DNA from: Terriglobales bacterium
Lineage (GTDB): Bacteria; Acidobacteriota; Terriglobia; Terriglobales; SCQP01
DNA: 64,000 nucleotides
Reading direction: 5' to 3'
NCBI GenBank assembly: GCA_050747905.1
Contig: JBOGKQ010000013.1
Location: 3,529-67,528 of the forward strand
The notes under the pieces were generated by a model that did no database searches, was not told where the DNA came from, and saw only the letters and a program-made list of their open reading frames with translations. A program made the position numbers and the translations under genes. Every line of letters begins with the position of its first letter. The first letter of the stretch is position 1. Shown here one piece after another: positions 56,414-64,000 of the stretch.

Positions 56414-56761
56414 GTGAATCAGTTGGGAGCAACCTTTGCGGCTCTGTCGGATCCAACCCGGCGGGCGATGATCGAGCGGCTCTCCCATGGGCCTGCGACT
56501 GTGCATGGGTTGACGGAACCCTTTGCACTCTCGCAGCAGATGATTTCAAAACATGTCGCCTACCTGGTGCGGGCGCGGATTGTAATCAAGACGAAGCGTG
56601 GTCGAGAGAGTATTTGCAGGCTCAGGCCAGAGGCGATAAAAACTGTCAGCGACTGGGCGATCAGCTATCGCCGCTTTTGGGAAGAGAGTTTCGACAAGCT
56701 GGATGTAGTTGTAAATCAAATGAAGAAAGAGGAGTTCCGAGATGGCAAAAAACACGGCTAG
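56414..56761 (+). CDS. ArsR/SmtB-family transcriptional regulator
   Basis: FAALSDPTRRAMIERLSHGPATVHGLTEPFALSQQMISKHVAYLVRARIV. GTG start. Confidence 0.9.
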   Translation: MNQLGATFAALSDPTRRAMIERLSHGPATVHGLTEPFALSQQMISKHVAYLVRARIVIKTKRGRESICRLRPEAIKTVSDWAISYRRFWEESFDKLDVVVNQMKKEEFRDGKKHG

Positions 56762-57251
56762 CGAAATTGAGCGGATGGTTGTTACAAGAGTTTTTGATGC
56801 GCCACGCGCGTTGGTTTGGAAGGCGTGGACTGACCCGAAATGTGTGATGCAGTGGTGGGGGCCGAAGGGCTTTACTGCGCCCGTTTGCCAGATGGATTTT
56901 CGCGTTGGAGGAAAATCTCTCTTCTGCATGAAGGCACCGGATGGGCAAGAGTTCTGGAATGCGTGTGAATACCACGAGATTGTTCCGCACGAGAAGATCG
57001 TTGCCTCCATGTACTTTTCGGACCCGAAGGGAAACAAGATTGACCCTGCGCAGTTGGGAATAGAACATGAGACTATAGACGGTACGTACGACGTAACCAT
57101 CTTTGAGGATCTAGGAAACGGCCAGACGAAACTAACCTTCATCGGAAATGAACCCATGGAGAGCGCGAAAAATAGCGGTCAACTTGAGGGCTGGAACCAG
57201 ATACTCGATAAAGTTGCTGAGGTTATTGCCGGACTGGTGCAGACGCAATAA
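56742..57251 (+). CDS. SRPBCC/AHSA1 (Aha1-like) domain protein
   Basis: VVTRVFDAPRALVWKAWTDPKCVMQWWGPKGFT is typical of the AHSA1 family. The pairing with ArsR is a common arrangement. Confidence 0.85.
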   Translation: MAKNTASEIERMVVTRVFDAPRALVWKAWTDPKCVMQWWGPKGFTAPVCQMDFRVGGKSLFCMKAPDGQEFWNACEYHEIVPHEKIVASMYFSDPKGNKIDPAQLGIEHETIDGTYDVTIFEDLGNGQTKLTFIGNEPMESAKNSGQLEGWNQILDKVAEVIAGLVQTQ

Positions 57252-57295
57252 AAAGCGGAAGCTGTGACAATCGTCGTGCGCGAGATTCAGCTAAG

Positions 57296-57388
57296 GCTGG
57301 CGGCGGGGGCTGGGGCTCATGGCCCCAACCCGACGCTGCGCCTCGATTTTGCCCACGGAGCAAAGCGGCGCGACCCCCGCGAGCGGTT
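57296..57388 (+). repeat. Dispersed repeat family, modules ii+iv
   Basis: ggctggcggcgggggctggggctcatggccccaacccgacgctgcgcctcgattttgcccacggagcaaagcggcgcgacccccgcgagcgg. Confidence 0.75.
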
Positions 57389-57487
57389 TTCAACGGGTTA
57401 GGCGCCATGGCGGCCCGTTCACGTTAGCGTTTCACCTGGCCTCCGCCCCTGCGGTGTGGCATACTCGCCGCCAGGTGGGTTCTTCCG

Positions 57488-58624
57488 ATGGCCAAGCACA
57501 AAGCGCAACGCGTGAAATGCCATGCCTATTTCAAACTGCGCTCCCAGGTAAAGCGAATCGAACGCCTGCGGCCGGGAGCGGCTTCCGCGGCCCCCTGGAC
57601 CGTGCCGAATCTCTGCAAAGCCTATCACTGGCCGAGTGGGTTGGCGGGCGGCGGCTTGATCGCGATTGTGGAACTCGGCGGCGGATGGGTCATGTCGGAC
57701 ATGACTGCGTTCTTTCAGTCTGTGGGCCAACCGGTACCTTCCATCGCCGATGTGTCGGTAGACGGCACGCAGAACACGCCCAACCAGGGAGGCTCCGCGG
57801 GCGATAATGACATCGAGGTCGCGCTCGATATCCAAGTGGCCGCGGCCTCCTATTACGCGGCGACAGGCAAGCCGGCAACCATTCGCATGTACTGGTCGCA
57901 GGACATCGCCTCCGCCGTGGCGAAGGCGACCACAGACGGCTGCGACGTGTGCTCCATATCGTGGGGCGCGGACGAGGCAGTGTGGGGCACGACCGCCGCG
58001 CAGCAAATGGAGACGGCGGCCGTGTCGGCGGTGACCGCGGGCATGATCGTCTTCGCCGCGTCGGGCGACAACGATTCGAGCGATGGCGGCCCGACGCCGG
58101 CCAATGTGGATTGCCCATCTTCGTGCCCGCACGTCGTGGGCTGCGGAGGTAGCTATAAGACAACGAGCGAGGAGACGGTGTGGAACGATAACCCTGGCCA
58201 GACAGACGGCGAGGGCACCGGGGGCGGCTATTCGACTATCTTTGCGGTGCAAACCTTCCAGCTTGGCGCGCCGCCCGCGCCCGCCAACTCGAAGTACGGT
58301 TCCGGGCGCATGGTGCCCGATGCGTGCGCGGACGCGGATCCGAATACCGGGTACGACATCTTTGTGCATGGATCGGGCATGGTGGTGGGAGGAACCAGTG
58401 CCGTGGCGCCGCTTTATGCGGGGCTGTTTGCGGCCTTCGGTGGCAAGTTGGGGTTTGTAACGCCGGCACTTTGGAAGAATCACAAAGCCTTCAACGACAT
58501 CACCCAGGGCGGCAACGGTTTTTACAACGCGGCGGTGGGGCCGGACCCGTGCAGCGGGATCGGTTCGCCGATCGGGGTAAGTATTGCGGCGTTGTTCTCC
58601 CGCCCCCTCACACCTCGACCCTGA
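57488..58624 (+). CDS. S53 (sedolisin/kumamolisin-type) peptidase catalytic domain, without pro-domain or signal peptide
   Basis: LIAIVELGGGW, DIEVALDIQ (Glu/Asp), SWG and VVGGTSAVAPLYAG (the nucleophile Ser context). Confidence 0.75.
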   Translation: MAKHKAQRVKCHAYFKLRSQVKRIERLRPGAASAAPWTVPNLCKAYHWPSGLAGGGLIAIVELGGGWVMSDMTAFFQSVGQPVPSIADVSVDGTQNTPNQGGSAGDNDIEVALDIQVAAASYYAATGKPATIRMYWSQDIASAVAKATTDGCDVCSISWGADEAVWGTTAAQQMETAAVSAVTAGMIVFAASGDNDSSDGGPTPANVDCPSSCPHVVGCGGSYKTTSEETVWNDNPGQTDGEGTGGGYSTIFAVQTFQLGAPPAPANSKYGSGRMVPDACADADPNTGYDIFVHGSGMVVGGTSAVAPLYAGLFAAFGGKLGFVTPALWKNHKAFNDITQGGNGFYNAAVGPDPCSGIGSPIGVSIAALFSRPLTPRP

Positions 58625-58650
58625 GGTTGGCGCGGGCCCCCGCGCCAACC
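58625..58650 (+). terminator. Perfect 12-bp inverted repeat directly after the stop codon (terminator-like hairpin)
   Basis: ggttggcgcggg-cc-cccgcgccaacc begins 1 nt after the TGA at 58622-58624. There is no strong T-tract (ttggg). Its left arm equals the terminal motif of the repeat family. Confidence 0.45.
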
Positions 58651-58699
58651 TTGGGCCAAGTCAAACGCGTTAACAGCGGTCCGCTGCGACCGCAAGGTG

Positions 58700-59185
58700 C
58701 TACACCTGAGCGGGAGGCGACGCAGCCGGCGTGAGACCGTGGCGACTCATGATCCCGGCCAATTTAGCCCGGTCCGGCGGCCCACCGGCCGCAGCATTGA
58801 TGACCTCGGCGCACTCGCGGAAAAACTGCGGACCGAGTGCTGCGGGTGTGACGGCGCAGACTATCTTCGCCGCCTGGGTTGTGTTGTTATCGAACCGGTG
58901 AACGGCACCGCGCGGTATGCAGAGTGCCTGTCCCGGCCCCACCTCGATTTGCTTGCCGCCCACGGTCCACGTCAACACACCCTCGATACCGTAGATGGTT
59001 TCCTCGTAATGGTCGTGGCTATGCGCGGGACCCGCCAGGCGCTGCGCTCCCGGGACAACGACCTCGAAGGCCGCGATGGCGCCAGCCGAGTTCTCGCCCG
59101 TGAGTAGGAAGTGCACCGCAAGCGGTCCCACACGGATGGTTTCATCAGCGGGATTGACGCAGAGATCAATAGCTTGCTGTGTCAT
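58700..59185 (-). CDS. Cupin-domain protein
   Basis: GPAHSHDHYEETIYGIEGVL...GQALCIPRGAVHRF contains the two cupin motifs. 161 aa. Confidence 0.8.
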   Translation of the reverse strand: MTQQAIDLCVNPADETIRVGPLAVHFLLTGENSAGAIAAFEVVVPGAQRLAGPAHSHDHYEETIYGIEGVLTWTVGGKQIEVGPGQALCIPRGAVHRFDNNTTQAAKIVCAVTPAALGPQFFRECAEVINAAAGGPPDRAKLAGIMSRHGLTPAASPPAQV

Positions 59186-59471
59186 ACGGATTTCCCCCTT
59201 TGTTTAGATTCCCAATTGGGTTCGCTATGCCGAGGGAGAGGTACACCTCCGTACCTCGGGGCCGCCGCGAGCGATCGAGCGATTATATCCTGGCCGGCAG
59301 TTCGCGGGGCTCGCGCCGGGTTGGGGCCAGGGGCGGGCAACCCGCCGACGTTATGTCAATCGCCACCCGAAACTCTGCTGCTGAGCTCGGGTTAGTACTT
59401 CCATTGCGCTCAAGTTGGTATTGAAAGCAGATCGAAGAAGTCAGCCACGCCCTCACTTCATTCCAGTCATC

Positions 59472-62336
59472 ATGTCAACCCCTGCATGCTCCCGCAAACA
59501 CTGGCGCCTTTGGGGCGCGGGCTGCACCGGCACGCTCCTGTTGATCACCGCCCTCGGGGCGCAATCAATGCGGCCGTCGGCCCGCATCCAGTCAGCAATC
59601 AATAACACCCGGCGCATGACCGTGCCCGGTTCGCTGCGCCCGCAGGCGCGCGCCCAATTTGACGCCGGCGCCATGCCCGCCAGCGTGCGTCTGCAAGGCA
59701 TCAGTCTGAACTTCAACCTCGCCCCCGCGCAACAAGCTGATTTGGCGGCCTTGCTTGCCGCCCAGCAAAATCCCGCTTCACCCCTTTATCACCATTGGCT
59801 GACCCCGGATCAATTCGGCGCCCGCTTTGGCATGTCCACCGCCGATCTCGACAAGGTCGAGAGCTGGCTGCAGCAGCAAGGTTTCACCCTTGATTCGGTG
59901 TCCCGCAGCCGCACCCGCAGCCGCTTCTCCGGCACCGTAGGTCAGGTCGAATCCGCCTTTGCGGCGCCCATGCACTACTTCAACCTCGGCGGCGTCCGCC
60001 ACTTCGCGCCCGCCAGCGCCTTGTCCCTGCCCGCCGCCATTGCGCCCACCGTGCTCGCGATCGGCAACCTCGACGATTTCCGTCCGCAGCCGCGCGCCCT
60101 TTTCCGCCCCAGCGTCCGGCCGAATCCGCACTTTACCTCGAGCCTCTCCGGAAATGTCTATTTCGCTCCTGGCGACATCGCGACCACCTACGACGTCGCG
60201 CCGCTGCAGGCCGGCGGCGACACCGGCGCCGGCCAGACCATCGCCGTGGTCGGCCAATCCGCCGTGGCCTTGGCCGATATTGAAGACTTCCAAGGCGCCG
60301 CCGGCTTGACCATCAAGGATCCAACCCTCATTCTCACACCCGGTACCGGCACCGCCACCATTTTCAGCGGCGATGAAGCCGAGTCCGACCTTGACCTGGA
60401 GTGGGCCGGAGCGCTCGCCACCGGCGCCACCATCGATTTCGTCTACGTCGGCAGCGACACCAACTCCGACGTGTTCACCGCGTTGACATTTGCGGTGGAC
60501 CAGGATCTGGCGCCCATCATCAGTTCCGGCTACGGCGACTGCGAAGCCGCCGAGGGCTCCGAACCCTCCACGCTCGAACCCGTCCTGCAACAAGCCGCCG
60601 CGCAAGGCCAAACCGTCATCTCGGCCACCGGCGACGAAGGTTCCACCGATTGCTCCGGCGTCACCGGCCTGAGTACCGCCCAACAGGAGGCGCTCGCGGT
60701 CGACTACCCCTCCAGCAGCGCCTACGTGACCGGCGTGGGCGGCACCGAAATTACCGCCGCCAATGCCACCGCCGGCACGAGTTACTGGGCAGCCGCCAGT
60801 TCGGGCTCCGACGTCCTCAGCTCGGCGCTGCAATACATCCCCGAAATCGCCTGGAACGACGACAGCACCGCCAGTGGCCTGAGCGCCGGCGGCGGCGGCG
60901 CCAGCGCGCTCTTCGCCAAGCCAAGTTGGCAAACCGCAGTTCCCGGCATCCCCGCCGATGGTATGCGCGATGTTCCCGATCTCGCCCTGTACGCCTCGCC
61001 CAACTATCCCGGCTATCTTTACTGCACCAGCGATACCACCGCCTGGGCCTCCGGACAGACGGCCAGTTGCGACGACGGCTTCCGCGATGGCGCTACCGGC
61101 TCTCTCACCACCGCTGGCGGCACCAGTTTCGCCGCGCCCATCTTTGCCGGCATGGTGGCCGTGATCAACCAGGCAGCCGGGTACAGTTCCGGCCAGGGCC
61201 TCCTCAACCCTACTCTCTACTCCTTGGCGGCCAACCGTGCCACCTATGCGGCCGCCTTTCACGACATCACCAGTGGCAATAACGATTGCACGGCGGGTTC
61301 AAACTATTGCAGCAGTATCGTCGGCTTTTCCGCCGGCCCCGGCTACGATCAGGTGACCGGACTGGGATCGGTTGATCTCCATCAGTTGGTGCTGGCCTGG
61401 CCGCTCAATCCGGTTCCCGCCCTGGCAGCGACCACCACCACTGTCTCGGCATCGAGTTCTACCCCCGCCCTGAACACCAGCGTCACCTTCACTGTCGCCG
61501 TCAGCTCCAACACCGGCGGCTCCAGTCCCACCGGCACTGTCGCGCTCAACCTTGATGGCACCGCCCTCGCCCCGGTCACCCTCAGCGCCAACGGCACTGC
61601 GGTCTACACCACCACCTTCACCACCATCGGCACGCACCAGCTCCTCGCCATCTATTCCGGCGACAGCACCTACGCCACCTCCAACGGCGTCATATCGGTG
61701 AACGTTCCCGTGGTCAGTTCGGGCACGGGTTCGTTTACGCTCGCCGCCTCCAATCTCACCGTCGCCTCGGGCAATAGCGGGACTTCCACCATCACGGTGA
61801 CGCCGGCCGGCGGCTATACCGGAACGGTCCTGCTGAATATGTCCACTGCCAGCGCCACCGCTCTGGCAAACCTATGCTACGAATTCGCCAACCAGGACAA
61901 CAGTGGCGACGGCGTCGTGACGGTGGGCGGGACTGCCGCGGTCACTACCCAATTGACGCTCGACACCAACGCCGCCGATTGCGGTGCCGCGGCATCCAAA
62001 AACGCCACTGGCAAGCGCGCCTTGCGCTCCCTGCAATCCCTCCACTCCGCCCGCCGCCCCGGCAACGCCGGAATGACGCCCATGCTGATGCTGCTTGGCT
62101 TGGCGGGCTTGCTGCCGATGTGCATCTTCGCTGGCGGATTCCGCCGCCGCCGTGTTTGGGCGGGATTGATCCTCCTGCTCGTGGTCGGGCTGAGCGCGGC
62201 CGGCTGCGGTGGCGGCAGCAGTACCAACAGCACCGGCAATCCCGGCTCCGGGACCTACACCATCACCGTCACGGGACAAGATTCGGCTACGCCAACCATC
62301 ACCGCGACCACTCAATTGACCTTCACCATTCAGTAA
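59472..62336 (+). CDS. Secreted S53 peptidase with pro-kumamolisin activation domain, Ig-like domains and unusual C-terminal tail
   Basis: Signal peptide after MSTPACS. Pro-domain: HHWLTPDQFGARFG...VESWLQQQGF. Catalytic domain: IAVVGQS, ESDLDLEW, GGTSFAAPIFAGM. Ig-like units follow (TGTVALNLDGTAL...YSGDSTY). Confidence 0.85.
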   Translation: MSTPACSRKHWRLWGAGCTGTLLLITALGAQSMRPSARIQSAINNTRRMTVPGSLRPQARAQFDAGAMPASVRLQGISLNFNLAPAQQADLAALLAAQQNPASPLYHHWLTPDQFGARFGMSTADLDKVESWLQQQGFTLDSVSRSRTRSRFSGTVGQVESAFAAPMHYFNLGGVRHFAPASALSLPAAIAPTVLAIGNLDDFRPQPRALFRPSVRPNPHFTSSLSGNVYFAPGDIATTYDVAPLQAGGDTGAGQTIAVVGQSAVALADIEDFQGAAGLTIKDPTLILTPGTGTATIFSGDEAESDLDLEWAGALATGATIDFVYVGSDTNSDVFTALTFAVDQDLAPIISSGYGDCEAAEGSEPSTLEPVLQQAAAQGQTVISATGDEGSTDCSGVTGLSTAQQEALAVDYPSSSAYVTGVGGTEITAANATAGTSYWAAASSGSDVLSSALQYIPEIAWNDDSTASGLSAGGGGASALFAKPSWQTAVPGIPADGMRDVPDLALYASPNYPGYLYCTSDTTAWASGQTASCDDGFRDGATGSLTTAGGTSFAAPIFAGMVAVINQAAGYSSGQGLLNPTLYSLAANRATYAAAFHDITSGNNDCTAGSNYCSSIVGFSAGPGYDQVTGLGSVDLHQLVLAWPLNPVPALAATTTTVSASSSTPALNTSVTFTVAVSSNTGGSSPTGTVALNLDGTALAPVTLSANGTAVYTTTFTTIGTHQLLAIYSGDSTYATSNGVISVNVPVVSSGTGSFTLAASNLTVASGNSGTSTITVTPAGGYTGTVLLNMSTASATALANLCYEFANQDNSGDGVVTVGGTAAVTTQLTLDTNAADCGAAASKNATGKRALRSLQSLHSARRPGNAGMTPMLMLLGLAGLLPMCIFAGGFRRRRVWAGLILLLVVGLSAAGCGGGSSTNSTGNPGSGTYTITVTGQDSATPTITATTQLTFTIQ

Positions 62337-62396
62337 CGCTCGGGTGGCGCGAACCGCTAACCTCAACCGCGGCGGCGGCGTCCCGTCCATTTCGCA

Positions 62397-62685
62397 GGGG
62401 TCGCGCCGCTTTGCACCGTGGGCAAAATCGGCGCGAAAGCCGCGGAACCGAGTGAGGCGGCCCGCCCCCGGTTGGGTAAGCGGCGCGGCCCCTCACGGGC
62501 AGCCGCCTGGCCGCCCACGGCCAAGCGGCGCCCTGGCAGACCGCCGCAAGCGGGCTGAGGGCGGCCGCAGGCCGCCCGAGCCCCGCGCCTATCATTCGGG
62601 GCGGCTCATAAGCGGGGCGCGCGACGCAATTCGCCCTGCGCAGTCTTCCAGCAGGGCGAAGCCGCCGCGCTGGGGCCCGCGCCAA
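62397..62685 (-). repeat. Dispersed intergenic repeat family, long copy (inverted)
   Basis: ggggtcgcgccgctttgcaccgtgggcaaaatcggcgcgaa ... ccgcgctggggcccgcgccaa carries both terminal modules in inverted orientation. Confidence 0.8.
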
Positions 62686-62705
62686 TATTGACGCTCGCCC
62701 GGATT

Positions 62706-63275
62706 TTATCTTTTCCCGTGCTGCAGCGTCAGGCACATCGCCACCGCCGTGGTGGGGTTGATGGCGTCGCCCGAGAACTGAATCTTGCGGATGATTCCCT
62801 GCTTGTCGACCACGAAGGTCGTGCGCTGCGCAAACTGCATGGGGTATCCCGCCATCGTCCGTGGCGGCTCCAGAATCCCGTAGCGCTGCTCCACGATCCC
62901 GCGCATGTCGCTCAGCAGCGGGAACGTCACCCCGATCTGCTTGGCGAAAACGCCATTGGCCGCCGGACTGTCCATGCTGATCCCGAAAATGACCGCGCCG
63001 TTCTGCTGGATTTTAGCCAAATCAACCTGATAGGCCTTGAGTTCCTTCGTTCAACCGGGTGTGAACGCGAGCACGTAAAACGCCAGAATTACGCTCTTCT
63101 TGCCGCGATACTCGCTCAGGTGCACCGGCTTGAACTGGTTACTGGGCAGGGTGAAGTCCGGCGCCATCTGCCCCACCTTCAGTTGCGTGCGTATGAGTTG
63201 CGGCGCTTGCGCCGCGGCCGCCGCCGTCAGCAGCAGGGCCGTCACCAAGGCGGCTAGAAAAGCGGGCTTGCGCAT
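62706..63275 (-). CDS. Secreted peroxiredoxin (AhpC/TSA/Bcp-like) with in-frame TGA at the peroxidatic-Cys position: candidate selenoprotein, or a nonsense pseudogene
   Basis: One continuous frame reads [25 protein letters not shown]...[49 protein letters not shown]... The TGA is at 63051-63053. The family consensus is F(Y)P..FTPGCT.E. GGGAGAA lies upstream of the ATG at 63275. Confidence 0.7.
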
Positions 63276-63357
63276 CGGGTTCTCCCTGCGCAGCAGTATA
63301 ACCCGGCCCGCTCCTTTCGCAGGCAGGAAAAAAAGCGGCACCGGGCGAGGGGCTCGC

Positions 63358-64000
63358 CTACCCCGCCCGCCCCTCCACCAGCGTCACCCGCTCGCGCCGG
63401 ATTACCCGCTCCAGCTTCAATCCCGCCCTCGGCAGCAGCGTCCTGAATTCCTCTTCCGTCCGCTCCCGCCCGGTCCCCAGCACCATCATCAGCAGGTCCA
63501 TCATCGCCGCGGGAGGCTCGCTCTCGGCCGTCAGCACCGTATCGGCAATCAGCACCGTCGCATCCGGCCGCATGGCCCGCCGGACGTTGCTCAGGATCTT
63601 CTCCGCCGCCTCATCATCCCAGTCGTGAATCACGCCCTTGAGCAGGTAGCCGTCCGCGCCCCCGGGCACCTCGCGGAAAAAGTCGCCCCCTACCCTCTCG
63701 CAGCGCTCATGCCTCACCGCTCCTGCCACCACGCCGGGCAAATCGAAAACCACGCCCTGCAGCCGCGGATGGGCGTCGACAATCGCGGCCAGCGTCCGTC
63801 CCTGTCCCCCACCAACGTCCACCAGCCGCCCGAATCGCGAAAACTCATAGGCGCCCATCAGTGCTGCCGTCCACTCCGGCGAGGAGCTCATGGCGGCATG
63901 GAAATAGGCCGCATCGTCGGCGTGTTCATCCATGTGCTCAAAAAAAGATGCGCCGTAGAGCCGCCGAAACGGCGCCTGCCCGCTCATCACCGCCTCGGTC
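63358..64000 (-). CDS. Class I SAM-dependent O-methyltransferase (Methyltransf_2 type), N-terminus beyond the window
   Basis: [16 protein letters not shown] (motif I), [26 protein letters not shown]. The frame remains open to position 64000. Confidence 0.8.
   Translation of the reverse strand, partial: TEAVMSGQAPFRRLYGASFFEHMDEHADDAAYFHAAMSSSPEWTAALMGAYEFSRFGRLVDVGGGQGRTLAAIVDAHPRLQGVVFDLPGVVAGAVRHERCERVGGDFFREVPGGADGYLLKGVIHDWDDEAAEKILSNVRRAMRPDATVLIADTVLTAESEPPAAMMDLLMMVLGTGRERTEEEFRTLLPRAGLKLERVIRRERVTLVEGRAG

Noticed and set aside
57419-61262. Minus-strand ORFs 57419-58648 (409 aa) and 59778-61262 (494 aa).
   Set aside because: They are antisense to the two S53 peptidase genes.
3424-62685. 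Whether the recurring repeats could be a CRISPR array, or whether their conserved translations (for example RRFAPWAKSARRAAEF..., GAASGWGQGPP...) indicate a small-protein gene family.
   Set aside because: The copies are 40-290 bp long, kilobases apart, in both orientations and modular, so they are not regularly spaced short repeats with spacers. The peptide similarity simply mirrors the DNA identity. There are no consistent start codons or RBSs, and the frames are interrupted differently in each copy.

Overview
High-GC chromosomal segment that looks acidobacterial: it has an ADOP-type duplicated permease, a CarboxypepD_reg-TonB receptor and many long shadow ORFs. Positions 1-27.6 kb are ordinary housekeeping: TonB receptor, rfbB/rfbA-like, MFS transporter, fluoride riboswitch plus crcB, mrp/apbC, pfkB, htrA, coaE, folD, msbA-like, rapZ, rpoN, lptB, a large LptA/OstA-like protein, ADOP permease, radical SAM, recJ. 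That block ends in a two-gene BMC shell protein plus acylating aldehyde dehydrogenase pair. At 27.9 kb a tRNA-Glu(UUC) starts an accessory region. First comes a 3.2-kb integrase-less islet, bounded by a perfect 64-bp direct repeat of the tRNA 3' half, carrying an AbiEi/AbiEii toxin-antitoxin pair. After a frameshifted ECF sigma gene and a CMD gene comes a roughly 16-kb decayed conjugative or defence island. It holds a HipA-like kinase, ArdC plus an ArdC fragment, a three-gene methyltransferase/methyltransferase/GIY-YIG-helicase restriction-like operon, an IS110 relic, a RepB-type primase, an amber-interrupted VirB11 ATPase and a truncated coupling protein. The most interesting item sits inside that island: a five-gene, start/stop-overlapping operon at 40705-45943 encoding a HIT-like protein, a helical-repeat membrane protein, a SAMHD1/dGTPase-type HD hydrolase, an SPPY methyltransferase and a PurM/ThiL-fold enzyme. 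It matches no named defence or modification system that I know. The right end (49.5-64 kb) has a giant Ig-repeat lipoprotein, gene fragments, ArsR plus SRPBCC, two S53 peptidases around a cupin, a peroxiredoxin with an in-frame TGA exactly at the peroxidatic Cys codon (candidate selenoprotein), and a partial O-methyltransferase. A modular dispersed intergenic repeat family punctuates the window, with four long copies and about seven short derivatives. No rRNA or CRISPR array was seen. All calls rest on reading the supplied translations and sequence by eye; no database search was run.
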